From assembly GCA_001179505.1 (NCBI GenBank), contig CDMY01000306.1, forward strand, positions 62,001 to 126,000: DNA of 64,000 nucleotides. The letters are read 5' to 3'. The notes beneath the pieces were generated by a model. The model was not told the origin of the DNA. It saw nothing but the letters and a program-made list of their open reading frames with translations, and made no database searches. The translations under genes were made by a program, and so were the position numbers. This DNA comes from Vitrella brassicaformis CCMP3155 (Eukaryota > Protista > Chromerida). The number at the start of each line of letters is the position of its first letter. The first letter of the stretch is position 1. Positions 38,451-50,700 of the stretch are shown in pieces.

Positions 38451-39309
38451 CTGTCTGACCATGGCCATGGCTCCCCTCAATCAAGCCAGCAAAACACTCT
38501 TACATGTAGTCGTGTCTGTCTTGTCTGAGCATGTGCCTCCGTCGTGAGACGCACGTCGATGCTCATCGTGCTGGGCGGCTGTTCGTGTATCTGTCGCAGA
38601 GGCGTGACCTCACCCATGGCCTGGTGTCTCGAGCTAAGACGCCATGGATCAGGTGGCGGCCGGCTCGTTGACACACGAAGAATGACTGACACACGCAGAC
38701 AGACAGACAGACAGAGCGGATGGATGGATTGAATGGCGTGAGTGAGTGTCAGGAAGTTTCTGGTGATCGAAATGACGAGTCCGTCAAAGAGACAGTCAGG
38801 GCACACGCGGTGCCCTGTCGGCGGTACATGGACACGCTGCCCTGTCCGGCCAGAGTGACCGCATCTATGGTGTCTCGAGCCGACACACATGAAGGACGAA
38901 CGACACGCACAGATAAGACGTATTGATTGGAACCTTAAGGTGTCTCAGCGGTTTTCCTGCTCCGATTGTGTGTTGTGAGTGAACGTCGGGATGCTTTTGA
39001 TTGATTATCAAAGTGATGCGACCTCAGTGGATAAAGGTTGACACGCACACACATGATTGTGTCTGCACATGGACACACATGAGTCATCAGGCCGTCATGC
39101 TGTCGGGTCTGAGTCAGTCGCCAAGAAGGTAGCTACACACTGCGGCCATCAACCATCAGCAATGCTCCTCCTCCTCCGTATACACATACTACCTGCACGG
39201 AGCGAAAACAAGGCCAGCACTGTATTCGCCTCTCTCAGCTGACAAAGCTCTGCTGGTGTAGTGTTGTCTCACGCCTCTGCCGCAGCCCATATGGTGCCGT
39301 CAGATCCGC

Positions 39310-41318
39310 TCAGCCGCTCCTCACCTGCACACACACACACGCAGCGCTGACCACAGCCAGGCATCTGTATGTGCCCTCCCTTACCCCCCACACACCCACC
39401 TGCCACACCTCCATCTCATCGCACGTGAAGTCCCTGGACTGCGCCAGTCTGCCGTTGCCCTGCTCGTTGGTCGTCCCCTTGTAGCCCTCTGACAGATCCG
39501 CCTTGCTGATCCACTGCTGGCAGCTACTGAGGTCGGCCGCCGGACCAGGCACGGCGAAACCGAGCCAGAGATAGCCGCGGCCGATGTACACGTTGGCGAG
39601 CGGCTCGTCCTTCTTGTTCTTGACCACCCCCTGTGTGCCGGCCACGTCCACCCACTGCCTGTCCTCGGGCAGCTCGATCTTGGTCGGCGTCTCGTACGCA
39701 CCCGACATCGAAAAGAAGAAGACGGGCACGTTGTAGTAGTTGGCCTTTGTGGGGTCCTCGGGCGGTGTGAGTGGGCCGTCGATGAAGCAGCCAAATCGGT
39801 GTGTGTTGCCGTCGCGGAGGGCGAAGAGCAGGCCGCTCTTGCCGGTGACCTTGTTGAGGAAGGAGGGGTACTCAAATGTGTCACGGCTCGACCTGATATC
39901 GACATGAGCAGAGAGGAGTGGTCTCGGCCTGTCATCTGCCTCTGGCGCGTGAGTGCTTCATCTCACTTGTACAGCAGCGATGGCGCCACAGCGATCTTCT
40001 TGTCCGTCATCTTCATCACCGCCAGCCACTGGTCGGCCGTCTGGATCACAGCGGACGCCGCCGCCGCCTCACCGACAAGCGGCACCGTGTTGAGGCCGTA
40101 CATGCCCAACTCGACGGCGAACATCTCCTTCTCGTGCGGCGCCACCACCGGCGGGTGCACGAACCGGCCGGGCATAACGGTCAGGCGGCGCGCGAAATCG
40201 ACGATGAGCTGCAGGAACTTGAGCGATGTCTGGCGGGCCTCCTGGTCGGGCCACTCGTCGCTGAAGAATCACACGCACACACACCCCACACACACAGACA
40301 CATAGGACACCACACAAGATCCCCAGCCTTACAGTCCTTACGGATTGTATCGCTTGACGAGTGCATGGCTCGCTCCGAGTGGTGCGATGGTGCGGCGGAG
40401 GACCGACACCTTGTCCTCATACACCGTCAGCGTCAACACCTCGATATCCTCATCGCTACTCGGCCCCTTGACGAACGGCCGCATCGCCGACAGGAAGGCC
40501 TCCATGGCCTCCTTCTGCTTCTGCAGCCCCTCACGCACGCGGCGGCAGGTCCTCATGTACCGCTCGATCCTCTCAAACGCCTTGTCTATGCCCACCCCCT
40601 GTCTACCCTCACCACGTCCCTCACCCTCACCCTCCACCGCACCACCGTTGCCGTCGGCCATCTCCACATCCTGCTGCTCGCCTCCCCCTCCACCCGCCGC
40701 TGCTGCTGCTGCTGCCGATGCACCAGGCGCCCGCCGCTGCCCCTGGATGTCGCCGCCCAGCTTCTTTGTGATGAACAGCGAATGGTACTCGGCATATGAT
40801 GGGTCGTCGGCCTCCGGCGAGTGGAGGGTGATCTCGTCGAGGTGGCGGCTCTCCAGGAGCGCCAGCTGGTCACGCAGCCAGCGGAAGTAGGGCGGGTGTG
40901 CCTCGAGGAATGGCAGATTGTTGGTGTCCTTGGGCAGCTGGTCAGTGAAGTGCAGCAGCAGAGTCGAGAGGTACGTGAGCTTCATCTTGGGATGGAGGAG
41001 TCCTGTCATGGGGATCGACATGACGGTGCCGCCGACGTTGAGCTGCATGCGGTCCTCTGTCTGCTGCGGTTCGATGGTGCCTCCATTGGCCGTGATGAGC
41101 TGCTTGATGCTCGCAGCCAGCGCCTTGATCTCGCCGTCAGCTTGATGCATGGCCGTCTTCGTGGCCGACCCCAGCCCGTCTACTGCATTGGCCGCCTCCT
41201 TCACGAGCGCATCGCCCTCCTCACGGCCACTCGTCACGCTGTGGAGCTGCGATGGGGCGGCGATGGACTCACCACCGGCTGCGCTGCCATCGTTGTTCTT
41301 GCGTTTCTTTGGCGCCAT
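39310..41318 (-). CDS. BTB/POZ-BTB-TLDc domain protein (A2)
   Basis: MAPKKRKNNDG start and same three-exon layout as A1; TLDc FFFSMSG...FTCDEMEVWQV. Confidence 0.85.
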
Positions 41319-41492
41319 CAATGCTCACGGCAGCGGTTTCAGGGCACCCACGAATTGCGAGCTTTGCCTTGGCGACCCCAGGGGGTGTTCGTTCGTTCTG
41401 AGCCGGCTCATTTTGCTCATCTGAGTGCTCATCATCGAGATCTGAAAGCTCATTATCGACATCTCATCCCTTCATCCAAGCCATCCAAGCGG

Positions 41493-42179
41493 ATGCATCA
41501 CCAACGCTATCCATCCTACCCATCCGACGAGCCGCACGGCTCAGGCTACCACGATGACCGTCACGGCGACGCCGCCTTCTACCCTGTCCCCCCTCCCCGC
41601 CCTCCACCTCCCAGGAACGACCACCACTACCACCAGCCATACCACCACAACAACAGCCACGAGGTCTACAGGCCTACGCCTCGCCAGCAGCCGGAGGAGC
41701 GGCAGTGGACACCTCGCGGCAGCCGGGGGTCTGACAGCTACCCACACAGCCGGCCTGACAGCCGGTCCAATACATCCGAGTTCGGAGACCTGCTGGGCGG
41801 TGCGGCCAAGTTCTTCTCGTCAGTGGTGCTGGTGGAGGAGCTGGACAAGAAGATCATCGTGCTGCTGCGGGACGGCCGCAAGCTGATCGGCTACCTGCGC
41901 TCGTTCGACCAGTGGGGCAACCTGGTGCTGGAAGACGCGCGGGAGCGGTACATTGCCGAGGGCAGGTACTACGCCGACGTGTACTTGGGTGTGATGATTG
42001 TGCGCGGCGACAATATGGTACTGTTTGGCGCGCTCGACGACACGCAGGAGAGTGCGCTTGAGGAGAAGCTGCTGCGAGAGGTGCTGGAGATGCAGCAGAG
42101 GGAGGAGGAGGCCAACCGGCAGAAGGGCGTGCACGAGAAAGGGGCCAGGGAGGGAGAGGCATTCGCGGATGACTTCTGA
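41493..42179 (+). CDS. LSM1: LSM1-like Sm protein with His/Pro-rich N-terminal extension, single exon
   Basis: LVEELDKKIIVLLRDGRKLIGYLRSFDQWGNLVL (Sm1) and GVMIVRGDNMVLFG (Sm2), followed by a C-terminal helix typical of LSM1. Confidence 0.88.
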   Translation: MHHQRYPSYPSDEPHGSGYHDDRHGDAAFYPVPPPRPPPPRNDHHYHQPYHHNNSHEVYRPTPRQQPEERQWTPRGSRGSDSYPHSRPDSRSNTSEFGDLLGGAAKFFSSVVLVEELDKKIIVLLRDGRKLIGYLRSFDQWGNLVLEDARERYIAEGRYYADVYLGVMIVRGDNMVLFGALDDTQESALEEKLLREVLEMQQREEEANRQKGVHEKGAREGEAFADDF

Positions 42180-42552
42180 CTGACTGACTGACTGGGTTGC
42201 GATTGTGGTGGGTTGGTTGGATGGCTGGCTGCACATGGGTTGATCAGACATGACATGTATGTCATCATCACACGAACGAACGGACGAATGAATGAATGAA
42301 TGTGTCGTGTACCGTAGACGTGCAGGCAAATCGATACAGTCAGTCAGTCAAAGAATGGCATGTGACAGCTTTGAAAGAGCGGGTGGGCCTCTGCTCTGTC
42401 TGCTCTGTGCGATCACCTCAACACATCCGCCACCTGCACCACACCAACACAGAGAGAAGAGGGAAGCGCCTCCCTATCAGCTGACACAGCGCCTCGCTGT
42501 TTTGCAAATATACCTGCTGCCCGGTCGCGTGGTGGGTCGACGTCAGATATGG

Positions 42553-44606
42553 TCAGCCAGTGGCAATCTGCACATTCATCCATCCATCCATAGACACGCA
42601 GATGGACACTTCCACAGAGATGAGTGTGGGGTGGCCACCCACCTGCCAGATTTCCATCTCGGTGCAGGTGAAGTTCATGAACTGGGCCAAAGTGCCGTAG
42701 CTGCCCCTTCGGCCCCTGTACCCCTCCGAAAGGCACTCCTTCTCCATGCCCTGGTAGCACCGACTGAGGTAAGCCGCCGGACCAGGCACGGCGAGACCTA
42801 ACCACAGATAGCCGCGAGCGATGCAGATATTGGCGAGCGGCTCGCCATTGCGGTAGGTCACCGCCCCCTGTGTGCCGGCCACCGTCACCCTCTGCCTCTC
42901 CTCAGGTATCTCGATCTTGGTCGGCGTCTCGTACGCACCCGAGAGCGAAAAGAAGAAGACGGGCACCTTGTAGATGTTGGTCTGTGTAGGGTCGGCGGGT
43001 GGTGTGAGTGGGCCGTCGATGAAGCAGCCGAATCGGTGAGTGCGGCCATGTTTGATGGCGAAGAGGAGGCCGCTCTTGCCCTCGACACACTCGAGCATCT
43101 TGGGGAAGGCATACGTGTCACGACTGCCCCTGATGGACGACACACAACACACACACACAGACACCCGAAGGCAGATCTTCCAGGGCCCCCTCGCTGCTGT
43201 CTGTGTGTGTGTTGCTCGCTGACTTGTATAAGAGTGACGCCATTGGTGAGGTCTTGCCCGTCATCTTGAGCACCTCGCCCCACTCCTCGGCCGTCTCGAT
43301 GACCAAGTTGCCCCCCGCCAGGCCGCTGAAGAAGGGCTCGTACTTCAGCCCATACATCTCAGTGTCCGTCCGAATCTGCTTGGTTCTGGTCGATGTGGGC
43401 GGCCTCACCAAAGTACCGGGCGGTGCGATGCGACGGCGGCGGGCGAAGTCGGTGACCTTCATGAAATGGTCAGGGCGGATGGAACTCACAGGCGCACCGC
43501 TGCAGACACAAGAGAAGGACACAGACATGGCGATTGTGCCTCTCCCGCCCATCTGTCTGGTGTTGTGTTGCCCACCTGTGGAACGTCCTGTAGAGTCGTT
43601 TGTCAGTGCCGATGGATGCCAGTGTGGCCTCGGTGGTCGACACCGTCTTGCCCAGGACGCGCAGGCTCTTTATCTCATCCCCTTGCCCTCCCTGCCCCCC
43701 CTCAGTCGCCAGCAGCGGCTTGACAAGCTTGTGGAAGTTGAGCAGGGCCCGCTACACTTCGCCCAGCCGACCCAATGACGCATCCAGGCTTGCAGTGCTG
43801 CTCTTGAGTGCCGCCATGTGGTCGCTAGCCCCCTCCTGCTCCCCTGCCGGCTCCCCCTTTTCCTCACTTGCCGCCTCTCCCGCCTGCTGCTGCTGCTGCT
43901 GCTGGTTGTCCACCTCCATGTGGTCGTCATCGTCGTTGTGTGGCGGCGGGTCTGTGGGCCTGTCGACGTCGAGGCCGGTCTTGGTGGCGAAGAGGAGATG
44001 ATGCCAGGAGACCGATGAGCTGTCGGTGTCGTGTGGAGGGGTCAGGACGATCTCATGGCTCTCGCCCTGCGCATCGGCCACGCCGACGTCGGTGATCTCA
44101 TTGAACAGCCTGACGCCAACAGATACGACAAACCGCACTGTCTGCGAGTTCGTCTCCCCTCTCCCCCCACTCCCAACTGACCACTCCAGGTAGACGGGGT
44201 CAGCGTCGAGGAATGGCCGGCCGTCCTTGTCCTTCGGCAGCCCATCCAGATGGTACAGCAGCAGATAGGCGATGATGCTCTCACTCACGCCGGGCAGCAG
44301 CAGCGGCTTGCGTGGCACACACAGCACCGTCCCGCCCACGTTGACCTCTATCTCCTCACTCAACGGGCCTGTCACACTCGGCTGCGCGGCATTGGTCGTA
44401 ATCAGGTCCTTGATCGTCTTGGCTTGCTGCCGCAGCTTCTTGCGCATCTGTTTGGCCGACTGCTCGATGGCGGCGAGTGCCTCGTCGGCCTCCTTGAACA
44501 GCGCGTCGACTGATGCCCTCCCGATGAATGGGAGCGGCTCAAACTCATCGCTGTCGTCGGCAGGCGACTCCGGCGGCTCCTCCACCTTGCGCTTCTTCGC
44601 AAACAT
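42553..44606 (-). CDS. BTB/POZ-BTB-TLDc domain protein (B2)
   Basis: Close paralogue of B1 with identical exon layout. Confidence 0.85.
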
Positions 44607-44791
44607 CACGCTCGTTTGCCTCCAGCTGGCGATCCACTCAAAGCTCGCAATCGCCGCGAGGAGCACATTCCCTCTCCCCCGGAAAGGGCAAGAAAAGAAG
44701 GCACTGTGATCCTTCTGTCATCCAGTCATATCTTCCTGTTAAGATGACCATCTCTCTTCAGCTCCTTTGAGTCATCCAGACAGAGCAGCCG

Positions 44792-46475
44792 ATGATGCGT
44801 CGCCAGGCTGGCAGATCTGTCGTTCGCATCCCGCTGGCTCGGCTGGCCCTCCCCCAGTGCGGCCGCCAGCTGCACACATCAGCATGTCGCCTGCAGGAAG
44901 AGGACTCATGGGGTCAGTCTGTCAGAGGAGAGAGAGCCAACCACACACACAAAACACACAGCCACTTATCAACACCAGCAGCAGTGTGTTGCACTGCACT
45001 GGTCTCTGTGTGTCTGTGTGTTGCACTGCGCTGCATTGCAGAGAATCCCAAGTGGAAGAAGCGCCAGACGTACTTCGACCTGAAGAACTTCCGCAAGAAC
45101 CTGGTGCGGCAGAAGCAGTTTGAGGAGTTCAACGAGGAGGCGCACCTCAAGAAGGCCTACGCAAAACCGCCGCCGGGTGTGGTGCGCACTGCACTCGTGC
45201 TCTTCCTTGTTCGTGTGTCTGTCTGTGTGTGGATTGTGGGTGTAAGGTAATCGTGTGTGTGTGTCAGATGGTTGGGGCGTGTTGGAGTTCCTGCAGGCCA
45301 TTCCGATCGAGGAGAATGCCGAGGAGATCGCCGCTGCCTTCCCGACCTGGAATGACTTCATCGGTGCCCACTGGGAGGTAAGCCGGACCGGTCGGTCGAT
45401 CAGCCACACTCACGCAGACAGACACTCAGACGTATACGGCCGCATTTGTGTGTGTGTGTGTGTGTATGCTGGCTGCCATTCACTCACTGCTCAGGAGCTG
45501 TACAAGATCGAGGTGCTGACCCCTCACCAGAGGCGCGCCATATGGAAGAAGATAAAGTGAGCAAACCAACTCAACCATCAGCCACCACGTCTGGTGTGTG
45601 TGACAATGATATGAGGGATGTGGTCGGTGTGTCAGCCTGTACAACCATGGCCTGTGGCCGCCAACTGCCGACAAGACCGAATACTTCGAGCGATTCAAGG
45701 TGCCTCACACGCTGGTGTTGATCCAAATCGCATTCTCTCTCTGATTCGTGTGTTGTCACCCAGGGCAAGCCATTGGCGAATGCCGGCAAGGAGTGGACGG
45801 AATCGGATGACGCCAAGCTGCTGGAACTGGCAGAGTACTATGACGTCAACTTTGGCGGTGAGCTGGGGGAGAGATGAGACGACACAACGCACACACACAC
45901 GGACAGCAAGACACAGACAATTCAGAGCTGGTGGTTGGCTGGGTGTATGTTTGTGTCGTCAGATCCGTGGCTGTACATCTCTTGGGACATGCAGCGGACG
46001 GCCGACGAGGTGCGCGACAGATACGTCGACATCGCCGTCATTTCCAAAGTCAGTCAGTGAGCTGTCCTGCCCTCCCTTCCACACACTCATATTTCCTCCA
46101 TCCATCCATCCAGCTGTCTGTGCCCTCCTCTGTCTGTCTGTGTGTGTCGATCAGAACCGCAGCCGTGAGTGCGAGCTGGCCATCACCAAGTCGTCCCGGC
46201 CGCTGCTCATGACGCGTTACTTCAAGATGGACCCCCCCTTCCTCTACATCGTCCCCTCAGAGGACAACTTCCCTCTGGCGCCGATGAACTTCTCCCTCAG
46301 CGCCAAGCTTGTCAAGTACCGACGGGCTGAGTGCTTCGCGCCACATGGCCGGAGGGAGAGGGAGAGGGAGGGTGTGAGCGAGTTTGACATAGGGGGGAAG
46401 CGACGAGAGGTGATGGCTGACAAGGAGGAGGGGGCGGGGGGTGAGGGGAAGACACTGGCAGAGATGCAGACTTAG
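44792..46475 (+). CDS. Probable mitochondrial protein: IGR/SAM-like (mS41/Fyv4-like) plus Myb/SANT-like domain
   Basis: Arg-rich presequence ending ...RQLHTSACRLQ; VLEFLQAIP...FPTWNDFI...ELYK...HQRRAIWKKIKLYNHG resembles the IGR motif; KEWTESDDAKLLELA...RTADEVRDRY is Myb-like. Confidence 0.6.
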
Positions 46476-46897
46476 CTGGCGCTGGTTTGAGTGCATGGGA
46501 AGGGCTGGGCTGGCTGACACTTGACGGGTGCGGTTTGTTTGGCGCTTTGCTGCAATCAATCAGTGTGTTTGCCTCTGTCTTAACGCCCACAGGCCACTAG
46601 GTACTCACAACACACACAACATACACACGTGTGTGTCCGTCTGTCTGTCTATGCCACACCGCCACTCGACTCGACTCGTCCACGCACTCACCACACACAC
46701 CATAATGTGAAAAATGCCTATGTAGATCGCAGGCACACACACACACACACACACAGTCAGACGCGCCCGCCACGAACACACTCCCTACTAGCTAAACCCA
46801 CCCACACCAGCCACACCACCCACTGCACACACTGTCAGGCCACATCGCTCCCCCGCCCCCGCCCCCATCATGCATATATCAGGGTGCATCCATCTCC

Positions 46898-47696
46898 TCA
46901 CTCACTCTCTGCTTCTGCCGCATCGCCGGCATCATTCTCCGCCTCCCTCTCCCTCTGCTGCTGCTGCGTCATGTGTAGCCTGTGGGCCCGCTGGATGGCG
47001 TCGAGCGTGTGGAAGGCCTCGGGGCAGCTGAAGGTCTCGTTGAAGAGGTCGGACAGGAAGCGGCGGAGGGGCAGGGGGTAGCGGTAGAGATTCTTCAGCT
47101 TCCTGTGAGTGGGATGGGCGGCATGGCCACAGGGAGGTGCACACAAAAGAAGACAAGACAAGGAGGGAGGGATGATGTGTGTGATGTGACACACACATGG
47201 ATGGGACGGGGATGGGGATGTGGGTGTGTGGTGCCTTCCTGCCTTGCTTACTGCACTCGCATCCACAGGTGGATCGAGAGAAACAGGTAGGGCGCCGACT
47301 GCCTGCATACGCAATCAATGCACCCCGGTGAGGTGGGGTGGGCAGAGAGAGAGAGACCACACAGACAGACAGACAGACAGACAGCTTTTGTTCGGTGGGT
47401 GGACAATCGCAATCGCTGTTGATGTGCCTCTTGTCTTGTAAGTCAGTAAGCACCTCTTCTTGACGAGCGCTGCGTGGACGGACTTGGCCACCACCGTGTT
47501 GCACAGAGACGCTGTCTGCACACACACACACACAGCTGGCTGGCTGGATGGATGGATGCGCTGCGCACCTCACCTGCTCGAGAACCTCCCTGTGTGTCTC
47601 GCCGAAGTCGGTGAACCTCGCACGCAAGTCGTCCTCAGAGTCTTCTCGCGTCAGCCCATGTTGCTGCTGCTGCTGCTGTTGCGCCTACACCGAAGA

Positions 47697-47730
<34 letters not shown>

Positions 47731-50700
47731 TTGATCCATATGTGTGTGTGTGTGTGTGTGTGTGTCGTACGTGTGTCGGCCGCTCCCGCTCCCTCAAAGC
47801 GTCGGAATCAGCACCACCACCACCGTCGCCAAAGTACTCCCTCTCATATCTGTTGAACCTCCGCCGTCTCGCCCTCTCCCTCTCATCCACACTGCCCTCG
47901 TCGCTGCTCGTCTGCCGCTGCTGGTCGCTCTCACCGCCACGACTCTCGTCCGACGACGACTCCTCCAGAACCGTCGCAGACACCCCCACAGCCACCACAC
48001 GCCCCCTGCCCAGCCGGATCATCTTGCCAGCCATCTCCATCTCCTTCTCCTTCTCTCTGTGCTTCTCTCTCTGTTCTGGCCTCTCCCCTGCTGCCGTGGC
48101 GGGCAGCACGATGCCGCTGCCGGACTGGATGCGCCGCATGGAGAGCTCATGTTGTTGTTGGGGGTGCTGGTGGGGGTGCTGAGTGGCCAGGGGGTCTCTG
48201 TAGACCATCTGGGAAGACGCGGCGCTCTCGTCGTCCTCGTTGCCCTCAGGTATAGCGGGCGGCACGTGGATCTCTGTCTGCTGCACCAAAGGCCGCTTGT
48301 TGGCCACCATCTCCCACTCCCTCGGTGGCTGCGGCCGCTCGGGGTCGTGTGTCTGCGGCTCTGTTGGTGCGGTGGCAGAGCTCTCAGACTCCCGCGCCGC
48401 CGCCGCAGCAGCAGAGTCCTCATCGAGACACCCGCTGGTGTCCGAGCCACTGGGTGAGATGGAGCGATGCCGCTCATTTGCCGGCGAGGCAGAGGAGGAG
48501 ACGGTGAGGGAGGGAGAGGCGCTGGTCTGTTGCCGCTGCTGCTGCTGGATGCAGAAGGGTGATGGTGGGGAGGGGCGGCGTCTCGACGACGGTGGATGGG
48601 GTGGCCTCTGTCTCGCAGCTCTGTGGTGGTCAAACTCCTCCTCCTCGTCGCTGAGGGGCTTCTGGATGACCTCGAAATCCTCCCCCTCCCTCCCCACATA
48701 GAGATCCTGCTCATCCTCTCGATCTTCCCGATCAGGAGTGCCGTCCCCTGGCACATCCGCCGCTGCTGCTGCTGCTGCTGCCGCCGCCGATGGCCATCCC
48801 TGCTGCTGCTGCTGGTGGGTCGTGGGCTTGTGTGGTGGTGGTAGTGGGGGTGGGTGGTGGATGGTTTTCTCGACCCGCAGGCGACGCACCGTCGGATTGC
48901 TGGATGGCACGGAGGGGCTCGAGGACGAGCTGCTGCTGTTGCTGCTCGTGGGGGGGTTCAATGACGAACGCTGACCAGACAGACAGACAGGCAGACAGAC
49001 AGAGATGTGCGTGTGGGGTCCCCCTGTGTGGGTGTGGGGGTGCCCGGACATACTTGAGGCTGGTCTGCTCCCCCTTTCTCTCTCTGTGTGGCGGCTGCCT
49101 GTGGAGCCTGTGGCGGTTGTGCGTGGGCAGAGGAGGAGGGCGGGAGAGGCAGCACCACTGGTGGCGGGTCAGCCCAGATCTCACTGCACACACACACACG
49201 TGAAAGTGTTGGATGACTCTTGGATAAATGGATGGATGGATGGAGCTCACTCGTAAAGTTTGTTGGCTTCCTCTTCGCTCTCCTCTTCCTCCTCCTCGTC
49301 GACGCGCGTCAACCGACTCCGGGACGACACATGCACCAACGACGACACGCCAAACACACGGGGGCTGCACACACACACACAGAGGCTCAGATGGATGGAT
49401 GGAGAGGGAAGGGGGGGTCACCTCTTGGCTGTGGGGCTTTCTGCGGTGTTGGTGGAGAGCATGCTGCCCGATCGCTCCATGAAGGGCTGCTGCTGCCCGC
49501 CGCCGCTCGGCTCGTCCTGGTCGGACTCCATCCTGTGCAGAGAGCGCTTCATCGACCGCGGCAGCGTCAGGAACGCAGAGATGTCCGTCGGGCCCTTCGC
49601 CAGCAGGTCCCACCCAATGGCTTTATAACAAACCCACACCAGCCCAAACAAACAGTGGCATGTCCCTCTGTGTGTGTGTGTGTGAGATGGTCTCTGGGGT
49701 AGCATACCTGACATCGGCAAGAGCGTTGCGGGCGTGGCTGCCAGGAGGGACAGCGCATAGAGAGCCGTGCCGCGCGTGGCCAGCTGTGGCGAGAAAAGCG
49801 CCAGATTCACCATGTCTAGTGGACACACACACACACACACAGACACACACACCCCAAACACGGCTGTCTGACCCTCACAGAGAGAGGGAGGGAGGGAGAG
49901 AGAGAGAGAGTACCAGCGAGTAGGTTGTACTCCTTGAGCAGGTCGACGCCCATGGCCGAGGAGCCCGCCCAGCCCGCACACCACAGCTGACTCCGCACCT
50001 CCACCGGCGTGTAGGCGTCCTCGTTGGTAAGCACCTCAGAGATCCGCTCCAGACAACGAAACGTCCGCAGCACATCCAAACCTGAATGGACCCACACACA
50101 CATCGACATGGATCCACCCTCCATGTGCTGTGCTGATTGCTGTCGACGGAGTGGCTGGGCTGACCTGTGGCGGTGCTGGCGAGGAAGCCATAGAGGTGGG
50201 GGAGGGGCCGCACCTCAGCCACCGAGAGGTCAGCGCCGGCACCTCCGCGACCCCTTAAGGGGTATACCATCTGCACGCACTCACACACAGAGGACAGAGG
50301 GAGAGAGAGTTGCGTGTATGTGTATGCGTGTGTGTATAGGTGTATAGGTACCTGTACGAGGTAGAGCTGTCCGTCCTCCTGGTTGTCGAGGAAGATGAAC
50401 CTCACCCTCGCCGTCCGGTACTCACGGTGGTCGCTACCGGGCTCCGGCACGGGCCTCAGCGAACCCTACACACACACATCCATCCATCCATCCACACGCG
50501 TCTCTCTCTCTCTCTGTGTGTGTGTGTGTGCGTGCGTACGACGTGCTTGGCCCTCGAGAAGGTGTACCACACCCCCGCCTCCCCCACAGCCCCCACAGAG
50601 CCGTCAGCCAGCAAAGGATGCGCACCGAGAGACGGGGATACCCTGGACGAACCAGCCACATGAACCACATGGATGGATTCACTTACACGTGTGTGTGTGT

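Larger units (their letters stand above)
36097..41318. repeat. Inverted segmental duplication of 8711-13955 (A gene - R - M gene)
   Basis: Both genes, their introns and the intergenic DNA align in inverted orientation. Confidence 0.9.

Noticed and set aside
40821-41492. Apparent 224-aa N-terminal extension of the LSM1 ORF
   Set aside because: It is the antisense of A2 exon 1; the plausible start is the ATG at 41493.
7960-44660. Autonomous transposon, Helitron or Polinton carrying the duplicated cassettes
   Set aside because: No transposase, integrase, Rep/helicase, reverse transcriptase, capsid, terminal inverted repeats or target-site duplications were found.
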